Source: Pseudomonadota bacterium (GTDB lineage: Bacteria; Pseudomonadota; Gammaproteobacteria; Steroidobacterales; Steroidobacteraceae). From it: a stretch of 64,000 nt of DNA. Shown piece by piece: positions 62,871 through 64,000 of this stretch (position 1 is its first letter; every line of letters starts with the position of its first letter). The notes beneath the pieces are model-generated. The model did no database searches. It was not told where the DNA came from and worked only from the letters and a program-made list of their open reading frames with translations. Position numbers and translations under genes: made by a program. Location of the stretch: positions 47,809 to 111,808 of the forward strand of contig JAYTOK010000053.1 of NCBI GenBank assembly GCA_043747835.1, in the 5' to 3' direction.

Positions 62871-64000
62871 ATGAGAGAGCCGTCCGGTCACGGCATCCGT
62901 GGTTTAAGCCACTACGGGTGGGTCTTTGCATTGCTCGTGTTCGCGCTTTCGAGCGCGCGGGACGCGAGTGCGCAGGCCATCACGCGCTTCGTGCGCGACA
63001 CCGGCAACATCAACTTCACGACGACCGGCGGTTCGATGCGCACGCAGCCGAACACCGCCGGCGGCACGCAGATGTGTAACGTCGCGGCGACGAGCTCGCA
63101 GCAGCTCACCGGCATCCCCGCGCTCCGCACGGTCCGCACCGCCTACCTATATTGGGGCGCGTCGGGCACCACGCCCGACACCAGCGTCACGCTGAACGGC
63201 AACACCGTCACCGCGTCGCGTACGTTCGAGAGCACGTTCAACAACGGCACCGCGTACGAGTTCTACGGCGGCTTCGCCGACGTCACCAGCCTCGTGACGG
63301 GCAACGGCACGTACACCTTCGGCGGGCTCAACGTGAGCACCGGAAATCCCTGGTGCGGATCGCAGGCGGTCGTCGGTGGCTGGTCTCTCATCGTGATCTA
63401 TGAGGCTCCGGCGGAACGACTGCGCGCGATCAATCTCTACGACGGCCTCGACTACTTCTTCGACAGCCAGGTGACTCAAACGCCAGATGGCTTTCGCGTG
63501 CCCGCGACGGGCATCGACGGGCGCGTCGCGGTGTTTACGCTCGAAGGCGATCCTCAGAACTCCGTTCCGGTGACTGGCGGCAACGGCTTCAGCGAAGCGA
63601 TGCGGTTCAACGGCACGACGCTCGACGACCTGCTCGTCCCACCGGCGAGCACTCCGACGGTGCAACAGTTCGACGGCACGATCAGCACCGTCAGCAGCCT
63701 CACGAGCTATGGCGTCGACGTCGACCAGTACGACGTGACCGCGCTGCTCGCTCCGGGACAGACGAGCGCGACGACGGTCTACTCGGCGGGCTCGGACCTC
63801 GTCCTGCTCATGGCGCAGATCGTCAGCGCGACGTCCGATCCCGCCGTCGACCTCTCCGTCACGAAATCACACACCGGCACATTCGTCTCGGGCGCGCAGG
63901 GCGTCTACACGATCACGGTGTCCAACGCGGCCGGCATGGAACGCGAGGACAACATCGTCACCGTGACGGACACGCTGCCGGCCGGACTCACTTTCGCTTC
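62871..64000 (+). CDS. large secreted surface protein with DUF11-type repeat, 3' end outside the window
   Basis: Not in the ORF track because no stop codon occurs before the window end. I translated it manually from ATG 62871: MREPSGHGIRGLSHYGWVFALLVFALSSARDASAQA... continuing open to 64000. It ends in a DUF11-like repeat (VDLSVTKSHTG...YTITVSNAAG...VTDTLPAGLTF). Confidence 0.75.
   Translation, partial: MREPSGHGIRGLSHYGWVFALLVFALSSARDASAQAITRFVRDTGNINFTTTGGSMRTQPNTAGGTQMCNVAATSSQQLTGIPALRTVRTAYLYWGASGTTPDTSVTLNGNTVTASRTFESTFNNGTAYEFYGGFADVTSLVTGNGTYTFGGLNVSTGNPWCGSQAVVGGWSLIVIYEAPAERLRAINLYDGLDYFFDSQVTQTPDGFRVPATGIDGRVAVFTLEGDPQNSVPVTGGNGFSEAMRFNGTTLDDLLVPPASTPTVQQFDGTISTVSSLTSYGVDVDQYDVTALLAPGQTSATTVYSAGSDLVLLMAQIVSATSDPAVDLSVTKSHTGTFVSGAQGVYTITVSNAAGMEREDNIVTVTDTLPAGLTFA

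Overview
This is a 64-kb stretch of a high-GC proteobacterial chromosome. G/C bias at codon position 3 is very strong, so every real gene is shadowed by long spurious antisense ORFs in the ORF track. Gene content looks like an environmental Gammaproteobacterium, but that is inference only. I can support about 55 protein-coding genes, mostly envelope and housekeeping functions. They include alkB, tamA-tamB, nudC, an ABC-2 exporter, two ECF sigma modules and a ydbH-type AsmA-like cluster. They also include PAP2 and GT4 enzymes, bactofilin, a SPOR protein, M16 peptidases, a CDF transporter, pilA, gltBD, a fasciclin protein, two C13 peptidases and an MFS pump. I saw no rRNA, tRNA, CRISPR array, transposase, integrase, phage gene or recognisable defence gene, and I cannot point to a proven novel system. 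Six things deserve a second look. (1) A tightly packed five-gene minus-strand operon (40874-45843) encodes a degenerate pilin, a short GspF/PilC-like platform, canonical PilA and two secreted HExxH/TPR proteins. It has no ATPase or prepilin peptidase. (2) A 1423-aa membrane protein of no recognised family appears to be built from two homologous modules (34634-38905). (3) A family of long palindromic REP/MITE-like elements shares the core AATGGGGAYATTCCCCRTTTCCTAGCAAAAGGGGA at three loci, and one copy donates the stop codons of both flanking genes. A separate, unrelated 37-bp perfect inverted repeat lies at 27722-27843. (4) A perfect sigma-54 -24/-12 motif plus a strong intrinsic terminator bracket an unannotated ~275-nt unit inside a 500-bp gap (29002-29499). 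(5) An apparent ynbE::ydbL gene fusion sits next to a ydbH-like gene. (6) A tandem pair of unknown secreted paralogs has near-identical 3' ends. Coordinates of trimmed starts were derived from the ORF track by codon arithmetic. All family assignments are motif or by-eye recognition, not database searches.
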